Origin: Planktothrix sp. GU0601_MAG3
GTDB lineage: Bacteria > Cyanobacteriota > Cyanobacteriia > Cyanobacteriales > Microcoleaceae
Direction of reading: 5' to 3'
NCBI GenBank assembly: GCA_035193785.1
Contig: CP136572.1
Location: 128,001 to 192,000, forward strand
Length of the DNA stretch: 64,000 nucleotides
Shown: piece by piece, positions 34,799-45,585 of the stretch
Layout: each line of letters opens with the position of its first letter
Position numbering within the stretch: position 1 is the stretch's first letter
Position numbers and translations under genes: made by a program
Notes under the pieces: model-generated
Told to the model about the DNA's origin: nothing
Databases searched by the model: none
The model's input: the letters and a program-made list of their open reading frames with translations, nothing else

Positions 34799-37080
34799 GT
34801 GCTGAAAATGTCCACCCCCTTGCCCCCTCAGAAACCACAAACTCTCCTGAACACAATCACACAGGTTGTCCAGACGCTCCATGCTAAGGTTAATTTTTCG
34901 CGGCTGATCCTGAAACCGAATGCTAAAGTCCCGGAACTGATAGTACATCAGGCCGACACTAACAAAGCAGAAGTTTATCCCCTATTGGGCGATCGCTATG
35001 TGGTGGGACGTTTCTTCCCGCACCTGCGATATCGTAGTCCGAAATCCCCTAGTCAGCACAATTCATGTCAGTGTTGTCCGAGATCCCAAACGGACGGGGT
35101 TATTTTCGGGTCGTAACGAGTTTAGGATTCAGGATGAAGACTCCACCAATGGCTTATATTGGGGACGACGCCGGGTTAAGGAATTGCCGTTGCGCCATAG
35201 GGATAGTTTAACCTTGGGGCCACCGGAACTAGCTTCTGTTGTTCGGGTCGAATATCGGAATCCGCCTCCTTGGTATATTCAAACCTTCCGTTACGGATTT
35301 TATGGAATCTGTGGATTGACGGCGGCGATGGGGGTGGTGGTGCTATTCCAGTGGCAGAAATTTGAAGTTGATCCCCTACCAAAAACCGTAACTGGGCCAG
35401 TAATTATTCATGCCGCCGATGGTCGCCCCCTCCGACAAGCAAATACCATCGCCCATTTAGAAGCGGATCGGTTATCGGATTTTGGCTCCTATTTACCTAA
35501 AGCCGTTGTTGCTTCTGAGGATGCTCGGTTTTATTGGCATTTGGGCATTGATCCTTTTGGCACATTACGCGCATTATTAACCAATGTCCGAGATGGGGAA
35601 ATTCGAGAAGGCGGAAGTACCCTTTCTCAACAGTTAGCCCGAAGTTTATACCGGGATTATGTGGGTACGGAAGATTCTGCTGGACGGAAATTTAGGGAAG
35701 CGGTTGTGGCCCTGAAATTAGAAGCAGTTTATGGTAAAAATCAGATACTCAAAACCTATTTGAATCGGGTTTATTTAGGGATTAATTTATATGGTTTTGA
35801 GGATGCGGCTAAATTCTATTTTAACAAATCTGCCAAGGATTTAACCCTTTCAGAAGCAGCAACCTTAGTGGGAATTTTACCCGCGCCTAATAGTTTTAAT
35901 CCGATTCAAAATTATCAATTAGCGGTGCAGTATCGCGATCGGGTGATTATTCGGATGTTAGAAACTGGGGATGGTCAGTGAAGATGATGCCGATCGCGCC
36001 CGTCGTTCTCGGATTGAAATTAATCCTAAAGCTCAGGAGTTTTTAGAAAGTACCATTGCTCCCTATTTTTATGATTATGTTTTTGTTGAATTGCAGCAAT
36101 TATTAGGGGAACAATTAGCCCGAGAAGGTAATTTTATTGTTGAAACAGGATTAAATCCTTCGATGCAAACGATTGCCGAATCTTCCCTAAAAAGTGCAAC
36201 TCAGACCGCAGGAGCAACTAATGGATTTTCCCAAGGAGGTATGGTAACATTGGATTCCAATACCGGGGAAATTTTGGCAATGACCGGGGGTGCAGATTAT
36301 AAAGACAGTCAGTTTAACCGTGTTACCCAAGCTCAACGTCAACCGGGATCAACCTTTAAATTATTTACCTATTTAGCAGCACTAGCCCAAGGTATTCCTC
36401 CGGGTCAAACCTATTCCTGTGAGCCCTTAAATTGGAAGGGACAAAGTTATCAAGGGTGTGAACGGAGTGGGGGTGATATTGATATGTATAGGGGTTTAGC
36501 GTTATCAGAAAATGTGATCGCCCTGAGAATTGCTCAAGATGTTGGATTAGACCGAGTTATTGATATGGCAAAACGCTTAGGAATTAAGTCAAAACTTGAT
36601 CCAGTTCCGGGTTTAGTAATCGGTCAAAGTGAGGTGAATCTATTGGAAATTACTGGGGCTTATAGCACTGTTGTTAATAATGGTTTGCGTCATTCTCCCC
36701 ATGCAATTAAACGAATTTTAGATAGTAGTGATTGTACGGATATTAATGATATTAATACCTGTCGGGTGATTTATGCTTATGATCAACAAAATCCCACAAT
36801 TCCTTCGGTTTTATCGGCTTCTGTTGCGGAAACAATGACAACTTTATTGCAAGGTGCAGTTCGTCGGGGCACGGCTCAAAGTGCCTATATTGGATTAGGA
36901 GAAGCGGGTAAAACTGGGACTACAAATGATAATGTTGATTTGTGGTTTATTGGTTATCTTCCTGATTCTAAACTAACTACGGGAGTTTGGTTAGGAAATG
37001 ATGATAATTCTCCTACGAATGGAAGTAGTGCGAATGCAGCTAAATTATGGCGGGATTATATGAGTCAAATTGCGAGATAG
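34799..37080 (+). CDS. FHA-domain class A penicillin-binding protein (transglycosylase/transpeptidase; +1 frameshifts at 35010-35014 and 35961-35965)
   Basis: FHA (GR..S..H..STNG), EDARFYWH, GGSTLSQQLAR, RKFRE, QPGSTFK (SxxK), SEN, KTG. Confidence 0.9.
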
Positions 37081-37144
37081 AAATTAAGAGAAAAAGAGAG
37101 AAAGAGAGAAAGAGAGACGCGCCGTGGCTCGTCTCTACGGGGGG

Positions 37145-37772
37145 TTATGATTGAAAAATTTGTGTTGGGGTTAAATTTAATTCTGGGAATATAGCCGATT
37201 CTATTCTATCATTTTCTCTATATAAATTTACCATATATTCCCCATCAATCATTTGATAAACAGAAATAGTGGGTTGTTTAGGATTGCCAATATATCGCCG
37301 ACCTCCTAACCCTAAATAATCAATAATCCAATATTCTTTAATTCCTAATTTTTCATATTCTGATAATTTCATCAAATAATCATCTTGCCAATTTGTACTG
37401 ACCACTTCTACGACTAAAGGCAAACTTTCACCTTGAGTAATAGTTGACCGCTTTTTCCACATTGGTTCATTTTCCAGAGCATTTTTATCAATCACAGTCA
37501 CATCTGGATTAAAACCAGATTGATCAGAATCAATGGCTTTGATAATACACTGTCGAGCAACAAAATAGTTCAGTCCCAGGGATTCTATCTGAATACCTAA
37601 TTTAAGAGTAAGAAAACTAGCGACTTGTTCATGAGTTCCTGTAGGCTGCATTTCTTTAATAACTCCTTGATGTAATTCATACTTTCCATGACCATCGGGA
37701 AACCCAGTCCAGAAATTCCTCTAAGGTGATTAATTTAGCTTCCGATTCTGATTCTAATACAGTTTGCATCAT
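37145..37772 (-). CDS. Uma2-family (DUF820) endonuclease-like protein (+1 frameshift at 37699-37703)
   Basis: PDVTV, VVEVVSTNWQDDY, YEKLGIKEYWIID; N-terminus reconstructed manually. Confidence 0.85.
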
Positions 37773-37899
37773 ATCTTTTAATGGTTTTGATCAAAAATAA
37801 TACACCTATAAATATAGTATAACAATTCTTAGAAACCCGGTTTTTAAGATCAACCCGGTTTCTTCAGGTTATCTTAGGGTAAAATAAACTTAGGCTGGT

Positions 37900-39939
37900 T
37901 TGAGTTATATCATAATGAGTTATTGCCTAAATCCCCACTGTCCTCAACCTCAGAACACCCCAGAGGCTAAATTCTGTTTAACCTGTGGGGCAAAATTGTT
38001 ATTAAGAGAACGGTATCGCGCCGTTAAAGTGATTGGTCATGGGGGGTTTGGTAAAACATTTTTAGCCGTGGACGAAGATAAACCATCCCGTCCGGCTTGT
38101 GTGATTAAACAATTTCATCCCCAAATGCAGGGAAATTCCCAAAAAGCCATTGAGTTATTTCATCGAGAAGCAGAAAGATTAGATGAGTTAGGAAAACACC
38201 CTCAAATTCCCGAATTATTAGCCCATTTTGAACAGGATAGTCATCAATATTTAGTCCAAGAATTTATTAATGGGCCGAATTTAGAAGAAGAACTTTTGCA
38301 TCAAGGAGTATTTAATGAAGCCCAAATTTCTCAAGTCTTAGATGATTTATTACCTGTTTTACAATTTATTCATCATCATCGGGTAATTCACCGAGATATT
38401 AAACCCGCGAATATTATTCTTAGAGATGGTTCTTTATCGGCACAATTACCCTTAGTTCGTCCTGAAGTTTTCCAACAATTTCGGGGACAATCTTCGCCTC
38501 AAAATATCCCTGGGGGTTCTCAATCTCAAGGTCGGTTAGTATTAGTGGATTTTGGAGCCGCCAAAGTCGTTACCGATAGTCAAGTTCCGATCATGGGAAC
38601 GGTGATTGGTAGTCCCGAATATGTCGCCCCGGAACAAACCAGAGGACAGGCAATTTATAGCAGTGATATTTATAGTTTAGGGGTAACTTGTATTTATTTA
38701 ATGACGCAAATTTCCCCCTTTGATTTATATGATATCCATGAGGATCGGTGGATTTGGCGAGATTATTTAAAACAAAATTATGTGAGTTCGGAATTAGGAA
38801 AAATATTAGATAAAATGTTAGCAGTATTACCCAGTCAACGTTATGATTCTGCTTTAAAAGTCCTCAAAGATCTACATCCGAGTGGCATACCTCCAGCGAT
38901 CGCCCGCCATTTACAAACCCTATCCCCCCCAACTCCCGCACCACAAACCGTTAGAACTCCGATTCCATCGTCCTCCCAGACCTTACCTCCCCGCACCATC
39001 CAACAACCCACCCCCCCCCAACAGCAGCGTGTTCAACCCTTGCAAGCGCCATCTTGGAAGTGTGTTCATACCCTGATTGGCCATCGCAACGCCATTACCG
39101 GGGTGGCTTTCAGTCCCGATGGCCAGACCTTGGCGAGTGGAAGTCAGGATCAGACGATTGAAATTTGGCGGCTGGACTCGGGGAAACGGTGGTATACCTT
39201 GGTTGGTCATAGCAACTGGATCACGACTATTGCTTTTAGTCCTGATAGCAAGACTTTAGCGAGTGGGAGTCGGGATCAAACCATTGAAATTTGGGATATG
39301 ACCAAGGGGAAAAGGTGGTATACCCTCACGGGTCATCAAGACGGGGTGGAAGCGGTGGCGTTTAGTCCCAATGGTCAATTTTTAGCCAGTGGGAGTCGAG
39401 ATAAAAGTATTGAAATTTGGAATATGACTAAGGGAAAACGGGGGTTTACCTTAACAGGTCATCAAGACCGAGTTTATAGTGTGGCGTTTAGTTTGGATAG
39501 TCAAAAATTGGCGAGTGGGAGTCGAGATCAAACGGTGAAAATTTGGGATTTGAACACAGCAAAGGAAGTCCAAAGTTTAACGGGTCATGGGGACTGGGTG
39601 AGAAGTGTGGCGTTTAGTTTAAATGGTCAATTATTGGCTTCGGCGTCTAAAAATGGCATGATTAGAATATGGCACAATCAACAGGAAAAATGGGTATTAT
39701 TAAGAACATTAAGAGCCGATGATAAAGAGATATTTAATATTATTTTTAGTCCAGATAATCGGTTTTTAGTGAGTGGAGGAGGACAGGGAATAATTGATAT
39801 TTGGGATGTACAAAAAGGGATATTATTAGAAACCATTAAAGCCCATGAAAGTGATGTTTTTACGCTGGCGTTTAGTGGGGATGGTCAATGGTTAGCAACG
39901 GGAAGTTATGACCGGACGGCGAAGTTATGGAAACAATAA
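37900..39939 (+). CDS. Ser/Thr protein kinase with N-terminal 4-Cys motif and C-terminal WD40 propeller
   Basis: CLNPHC..CLTC, GHGGFGKT, HRDIKPAN, DFG, APE, seven WD40-like repeats. Confidence 0.93.
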   Translation: MSYIIMSYCLNPHCPQPQNTPEAKFCLTCGAKLLLRERYRAVKVIGHGGFGKTFLAVDEDKPSRPACVIKQFHPQMQGNSQKAIELFHREAERLDELGKHPQIPELLAHFEQDSHQYLVQEFINGPNLEEELLHQGVFNEAQISQVLDDLLPVLQFIHHHRVIHRDIKPANIILRDGSLSAQLPLVRPEVFQQFRGQSSPQNIPGGSQSQGRLVLVDFGAAKVVTDSQVPIMGTVIGSPEYVAPEQTRGQAIYSSDIYSLGVTCIYLMTQISPFDLYDIHEDRWIWRDYLKQNYVSSELGKILDKMLAVLPSQRYDSALKVLKDLHPSGIPPAIARHLQTLSPPTPAPQTVRTPIPSSSQTLPPRTIQQPTPPQQQRVQPLQAPSWKCVHTLIGHRNAITGVAFSPDGQTLASGSQDQTIEIWRLDSGKRWYTLVGHSNWITTIAFSPDSKTLASGSRDQTIEIWDMTKGKRWYTLTGHQDGVEAVAFSPNGQFLASGSRDKSIEIWNMTKGKRGFTLTGHQDRVYSVAFSLDSQKLASGSRDQTVKIWDLNTAKEVQSLTGHGDWVRSVAFSLNGQLLASASKNGMIRIWHNQQEKWVLLRTLRADDKEIFNIIFSPDNRFLVSGGGQGIIDIWDVQKGILLETIKAHESDVFTLAFSGDGQWLATGSYDRTAKLWKQ

Positions 39940-39944
39940 ATAAC

Positions 39945-40062
39945 GCCCGGAACTAAAGTTCGGGCTGAAAGCTAAAGTTATCTAAAGATAACTAAATACT
40001 TGTCTTTCTTAACCCGTTTTAACGGGTTTGAGCTTTTAGCCTGAAATTTATTTCAAGGTTTC
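39945..40062. repeat. Cluster of short palindromes (REP-like) after the kinase gene
   Basis: GCCCGGAACTAAAGTTCGGGC; AACCCGTTTTAACGGGTT; a degenerate inverted copy of the first at the right end. Confidence 0.55.
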
Positions 40063-40348
40063 CGATGTTAAAAAGATGGGTAAATTTTAGCAATTTCTTC
40101 AGAGGTACGGGCGCGATGGATGAAATTATACTAAAATTTGATATTAATATAATAATGGGCGATCGCAAATACAATAATATTAAAACAATTAATTGGCGGA
40201 TGTTGGGGCGTGGCGAGGGGGGACGCTCGCACTGCTTTAAGTCATAAAATCATAACTGCTATATCTCAATCTTGATCATATTGGCGTAAACTACAAAAAT
40301 CCGGTTTCTGTGGTTAGGAATGGCGTTAGAAGTTGCCTTGTCAATTCA

Positions 40349-41565
40349 TTAATAGTCAGAGGTTCGTTTTTGAGGCAATGTAATCCCTAAGCGTTTTTTT
40401 AACGCCTCGATAACTTCCTCCGCAGACTTCTGACTGAAGTTTTTAATTTCTAATAAGTCTTGTTGAGTATAATCTCGTAAGTCTGCAACTGTGTTAATTT
40501 GAGCGCGTTTGAGACAGTTGTAAGTCCGAAACTGATAACTGTAATTCTTCAATCGGGATTTGACTCATTGGATCGATATCATCATTCTGATCGCTTTTAA
40601 TCGATTCCAAGGCAATATCTTCTGACTTAGAGGCTCGTTCTTGAGGCAATATAATCCCTAAGTGTTTTTGTAACGCCTCGATAACTTCTTCCGCATTTTT
40701 CTGACCAAAGTTTTTAATTTCTAAGAGGTCTTCTTGAGTATAATCTCGTAAGTCTGCAACCGATTTAATTTGAGCGCGTCTGAGACAGTTGTAAGCCCGA
40801 ACTGATAATTGTAATTCTTCAATCGGGATTTGACTCATTGGATCGATATCATCATTCTGATCGCTTTTCATCGATTCCAGGGTGATATCTTCTAACGGTG
40901 TAAACAAATCTACTAAAATCGTCGCGGCTTGGCTCAGGGCTTCTTGGGGTGTTAAACTCCCATTTGTCCAAATCTCCATGATCAGGCGGTCTTTTTCCAA
41001 AGTTCCACCCACCCGTGCATCCTCAACGGTGTAATTCACTTTCCGTACAGGCATGAACACGGCATCAATTTGGAGAAAATCTACAGCCAGTCCCTCGTCC
41101 CGATTGCGCTCCACGGCGTGATACCCAGTTCCCTTATCAACTTGAAATTCCATTTCCAAGGTTGCCCCAGGAGCCAGGGTAGCGATATATTGGTTTTTGT
41201 TTACGACCTCAACCTCTGAAGGTAACTCAAAATGACCTGCCGTTACCGTCGCTGGGCCTTGAAGTTCTAAGCGACCAATTTGCTTTTGGTGGGTATAGCT
41301 TTTGAGTACAACTTTTTTCAGGTTCAGCAGAATCTCTAAAACATCTTCCCTAACCCCTCGAATCGTTGCAAACTCATGATTAACATTGGCAAACCTTGCT
41401 GATGTAATCGCGGTTTCCTTCTAAGTTGGAGAGTAAAACCCGTCTTAGAGCATTACCAACCGTTGTCCCTTGACCCCGTTCTAACGGTTCTAAGACGAAT
41501 TTACCGTACTGGCTCCGGTCTATATCAGTGTTCGATTCAATACACTCAATCTTAAATCCTGCCAC
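40349..41565 (-). other. rpoA: RpoA-homologous moiety (paralog outside the ribosomal alpha operon)
   Basis: Begins [11 protein letters not shown] at GTG 41565 and contains a full NTD plus two CTDs. No rpsM/rpsK upstream and no rplQ downstream. Confidence 0.9.
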
Positions 41566-44500
41566 CGATGGACTTCCCTTCTCCTCTGATGGAATATAAA
41601 CATTTGGTTGATAATCTTGATTAGACGTAGAATCTTCCTTCTGATTGAAATCCGAAGAACTCTTTTGATCAACAAATCTATTATTTGACTGTTCTACTGA
41701 CGTTTCTGGGTTATTAGTATTCAAAGAAGAATCAAATCTTTCTCTAACATCTTCTATTGTTTCGCCGACCGTTTTAATCACTTTACCCATGAAAGAGGGT
41801 TCACCCGGATTTCTATTGCTAAAATTTGATGGAATATAAACATCTGGCTGTTGAGTCACCCGAACAATTTTAATCTCAGCTAAATCGCCAATATTCTCTG
41901 GGATAGCTTCAGCATAAATTTCATAACTTCCTTCAGCATCCTCTGATGGAACAAAATAACCATCCTGATTAATTGTTCCCCCTGTTGCATCCCATTCAAT
42001 ATAATTAGGTTTGATAAAATCTTCCTGTTGATCAAATCCAGTGACTTTAAATTGAAAATTTTGATCGGAATTAATTTTCACTTCTTCTGGACTAATTCTT
42101 AACCTTCTTAAAACAGGAACAACCTGGATATTAACAGAATCACTAATTTGAGCCAAATTAATACAAAAGTTCCCCACCCAGTCTAACAAACGAACGCCTA
42201 TTTTAATCGCCTGTTTGATCAACCATGCTTGAAAATCTAATTCAAAATTAGATATTTCTGAAGACGAATTCTGCTCAGAAGTGGGTGAGATATTATTAGT
42301 TGTTTCAGGTTGATCTGGAATCTCTGTTTCCGCAGAATTAGGCAATAATACACTCGAAATTTTCTCACTCAGAGAAAATAACCGTTCTGTCCGAGATATT
42401 AATTTTGCATAAATGCCAAAGGTTAATATTTTTGAGCGAATATCATAGGGAGATAATGGAGAAACTTTAGCCGTTACTTTATATGACCCTTTATCATTAT
42501 CCTTAGCGGTAAATTTCCCATTCCGATCAATTCTTCCCCCTTTTGCTTCCCAGACAATATTTCCTGTTTCAATTTCATTTCCATATTGATCAAACCCAAC
42601 GACATTAAAAGTTATACTTTCATTGGGTTCAAGAAAAATATTCCGATTAGGATTAATCTGAATCCGTCTTAAAACAGGTAATATATTAACAGTTGCACTA
42701 ACTTGAAGTAACCCAACTTTGGCGGTTACAGTAACTTGTTCTTGTTCATAACCTCCTTTGAAAACTCCCTCTCGGTTAATTCGACCTCCGGCGGTACATT
42801 TCCATTCAATATTATTCACCCAAATCCAATTTCCAATCTGATCTAAACCCATGACTTGAAACGTTATCGGTTCATTAGGTTCGGCAAAAATAGTCTGAGG
42901 TGAAATAATCAGATCAGTTAAAATAGAAGGAACAATAATTTTAGCCGTTGCGCTAATTGTTTTACCAGGTATTGAAGCGGTGACGGTGAATTGTCCTTTA
43001 CTATTATTCCCAACAATATAATTTCCATTGTTGTTAATTTTGCCCCCGGTTGCAGTCCAATTAACATTTTTAATTGCAATAGAATTTCCTCTTTGATCTA
43101 AACCCTCAACTGTAAATTGATAGATTTGACCAGGACACATTTCTATCAATGATGGAGAAATGATCAAAGAGGTTAATCTTGGACGTTCAATAACTTCAAC
43201 TTGGACAGATTGACTAATTGTTTCAACTTTTGCGGTAATAGTAACCGTTTTTTCAAAGCGACCCGCAACAAATATTCCATTATTAGGAAGTTGTATATTG
43301 TCAGCCGTCCAAGTGACTTGTCCGATGGAAATAGGTTGATTATATTGATCAAAACCTTCAGCACTAAATTGTTGAGAGTCACCACAATATAAAGTTTGTC
43401 CTGAAGGATTAATTTTTAACGATGTTAGTTTGGGGTTTTCAGGAATTGTAATTCTAATTTGACAATTAACAGAGTTAACTTGTGCTTCTATTTTAAAGTT
43501 AGAAACCTGATATATTTCCGGCTGTAAATAGTCCGTTTTTAATCGTTCCCCCTGTAGCAGTCCAACGAACTTGTCCGAGGGAAAAAGGTTGATTATATTG
43601 ATCAAAACCTTTAGCACTAAATTGTTGAGAGTCACCACAATATAAAGTTTGTCCTGAAGGATTAATTTTTAACGATGTTAGTTTAGGTTTTTCAAGAATT
43701 GTTATTAAAACTTGACAACTAACTGAGTTAACTTGTGCTTGAATTTTAAAGTTAGAACCTGATATATTTCCGGCGGTAAATAGTCCATTTTTAATCATTC
43801 CTCCTCTAGCCGTCCAAGTTATGTTTTCAATTTTAATCGGTTGATTATATTGATCGAAACCTTGAACATTAAATTGTTGAGAGTCACCACAATATAGACT
43901 TATTTCTGAAGGATTAATTTTTAACGATGTTAGTTTAGGTTTTTCAAGAATTGTTATTAAAACTTGACAACTAACTGAGTTAACTTGTGCTTGAATTTTA
44001 AAGTTAGAACCTGATATATTTCCGGCTGTAAATAGTCCGTCTTCGACCTCTCCTCCTGTAGCAGTCCAAGTTATATTTTCAATTTTAATCGGTTTATTAT
44101 ATTGATCAAAACCTTGAATAGTAAACTCTTGATAGTCACCACAATATAAAGTTTTTCCTGGGGAATTAATTTTTAACGATGTTAGTTTAGGAGACTCACC
44201 TTCTAAAACATTTAAAATTTCTCCTGTTTGCAAATCCCAAAGTTTGATCCAATTCCGACTCCCACTAACAAATAATTTGCCATTAGCACTAACAGCAATA
44301 GAACCAATAAATCCAGCATGACCTGTAATTTTACGAGATGGATTAGGGTATTGATTAAGGTTTTGAATATAAATACTGCCATTATTGGTTCCTATGACTT
44401 GAATATTACCATTAGAAGTAATATCAAAATCACTCATTGTTTGAAATTTTCCTGCAATAGTCTTAACACATTTTAAAGTATTGATAAGTAATTGAAATGG

Positions 44501-45431
44501 GGGTTCATTATTACTCTTTCCAAAAAAGAAACTCAAAACATCAGTTACAAAAGGAATATTAAAATTTTCATTTTTACCTTGAGTATTGGGATCTTTTTGC
44601 CAAATTTTAATAGTTCCATCTCGACTACCTGTAACTAAAGATTGATTATCAGAACTAATGGCGACATTTTGAATCCAATCTGAATGTTCTTCAAGAGTTC
44701 TTAATAATTGTTTTTGGTTTAAATCCCAGACTTTTATGGTTTTATCCGTACTTCCACTCACTAAAAATTTACTATCTGAAACTGATTGCCAAACAAGAAA
44801 TCCATCCGGTATGACCGTTAAAAGTATGGACAAGTTGTTTCTTTTCTAAATTCCAGACTTTAATGGTTTTATCTGCACTTCCACTAATTAAGGTTTGATT
44901 ATCTGGGGTGATTTTAACCACATTAACCCAACTTGTATGACCTGTAAAAGTATGCAAAAGAGTTTTAGTTTTTAAGTTCCATAACTTAACAGTTTTGTCA
45001 ATACTGCTACTAACTAAATATTGACCATTGGAACTAATCGCAACGGATAAAACCCAATGGGAATGAGCATCAAGGGTATTAATTAATTTTCCTGTTTCTA
45101 AATTCCAAATTCTGATGGTTTTCCAACCACCACCGACGATAATTTTATGTTCTGAACTAATTGCTACAGAGGAAATTGTATCTTGAGGTACAATATTAGG
45201 CGATCGCAAATTAACATTTTCAGTTAAATAAGGATTATCACCATACAGCACCCAATACGCAGATTGTTTAACCTGTTCTGAAGGGTCGGTTAATGCCTGT
45301 TGCGCGAGTAAATCTAAACCTTGCTCAAATTTTAGACAGTCTGAAAGGGCTGCAAGTCGTTGTTGAAGGTCTGGACTGGTGAATTTACCCTGAAGATTCT
45401 GGATAGCTGGCCGTTCGGAGGGTTCGGTCAT
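40349..45431 (-). CDS. HEAT-like/WD40 - 8x Ig-like - RNA polymerase alpha subunit fusion with duplicated alpha-CTD (1,692 aa after removing four +1 bases)
   Basis: Five ORF-track pieces join at 44778-82, 43502-06, 41413-17 and 40528-32; 5083-4=5079 nt=1693 codons. WD40 (GH..SGS.DKTIKVW), 84-aa GxDQY Ig-like repeats, RpoA motifs [43 protein letters not shown], and [14 protein letters not shown] twice. Confidence 0.85.
43130..44195 (-). repeat. Four highly similar 252-nt (84-aa) intragenic tandem repeats
   Basis: The anchor ACCACAATATA recurs at 43381, 43634, 43886 and 44138 (spacing 253, 252, 252). Confidence 0.92.
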
Positions 45432-45585
45432 GGTCTTAACTGTTACAGGTTATCTATCCATTTTAAACTCATAACTACATTAAATAAAAAAGGTTTCATC
45501 AAGAAAAATAATCACACTTTATAAAAGGCTTTGCTTCTGCTATAGTGAGAATAATTAAATAATTAACGAAGCAAACCAGATTTAT

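Noticed and set aside
40065..40247. 60-aa ORF between the kinase and the alpha fusion
   Set aside because: No motif or clear RBS; likely spurious.
40349..41565. The primary housekeeping rpoA
   Set aside because: No rpsM/rpsK/rplQ context, an in-frame N-terminal fusion, a duplicated CTD and a diverged NTD ([12 protein letters not shown]).
43173..43638. Two ORFs starting [19 protein letters not shown]
   Set aside because: Off-frame readings of the 252-nt repeats, not real starts.
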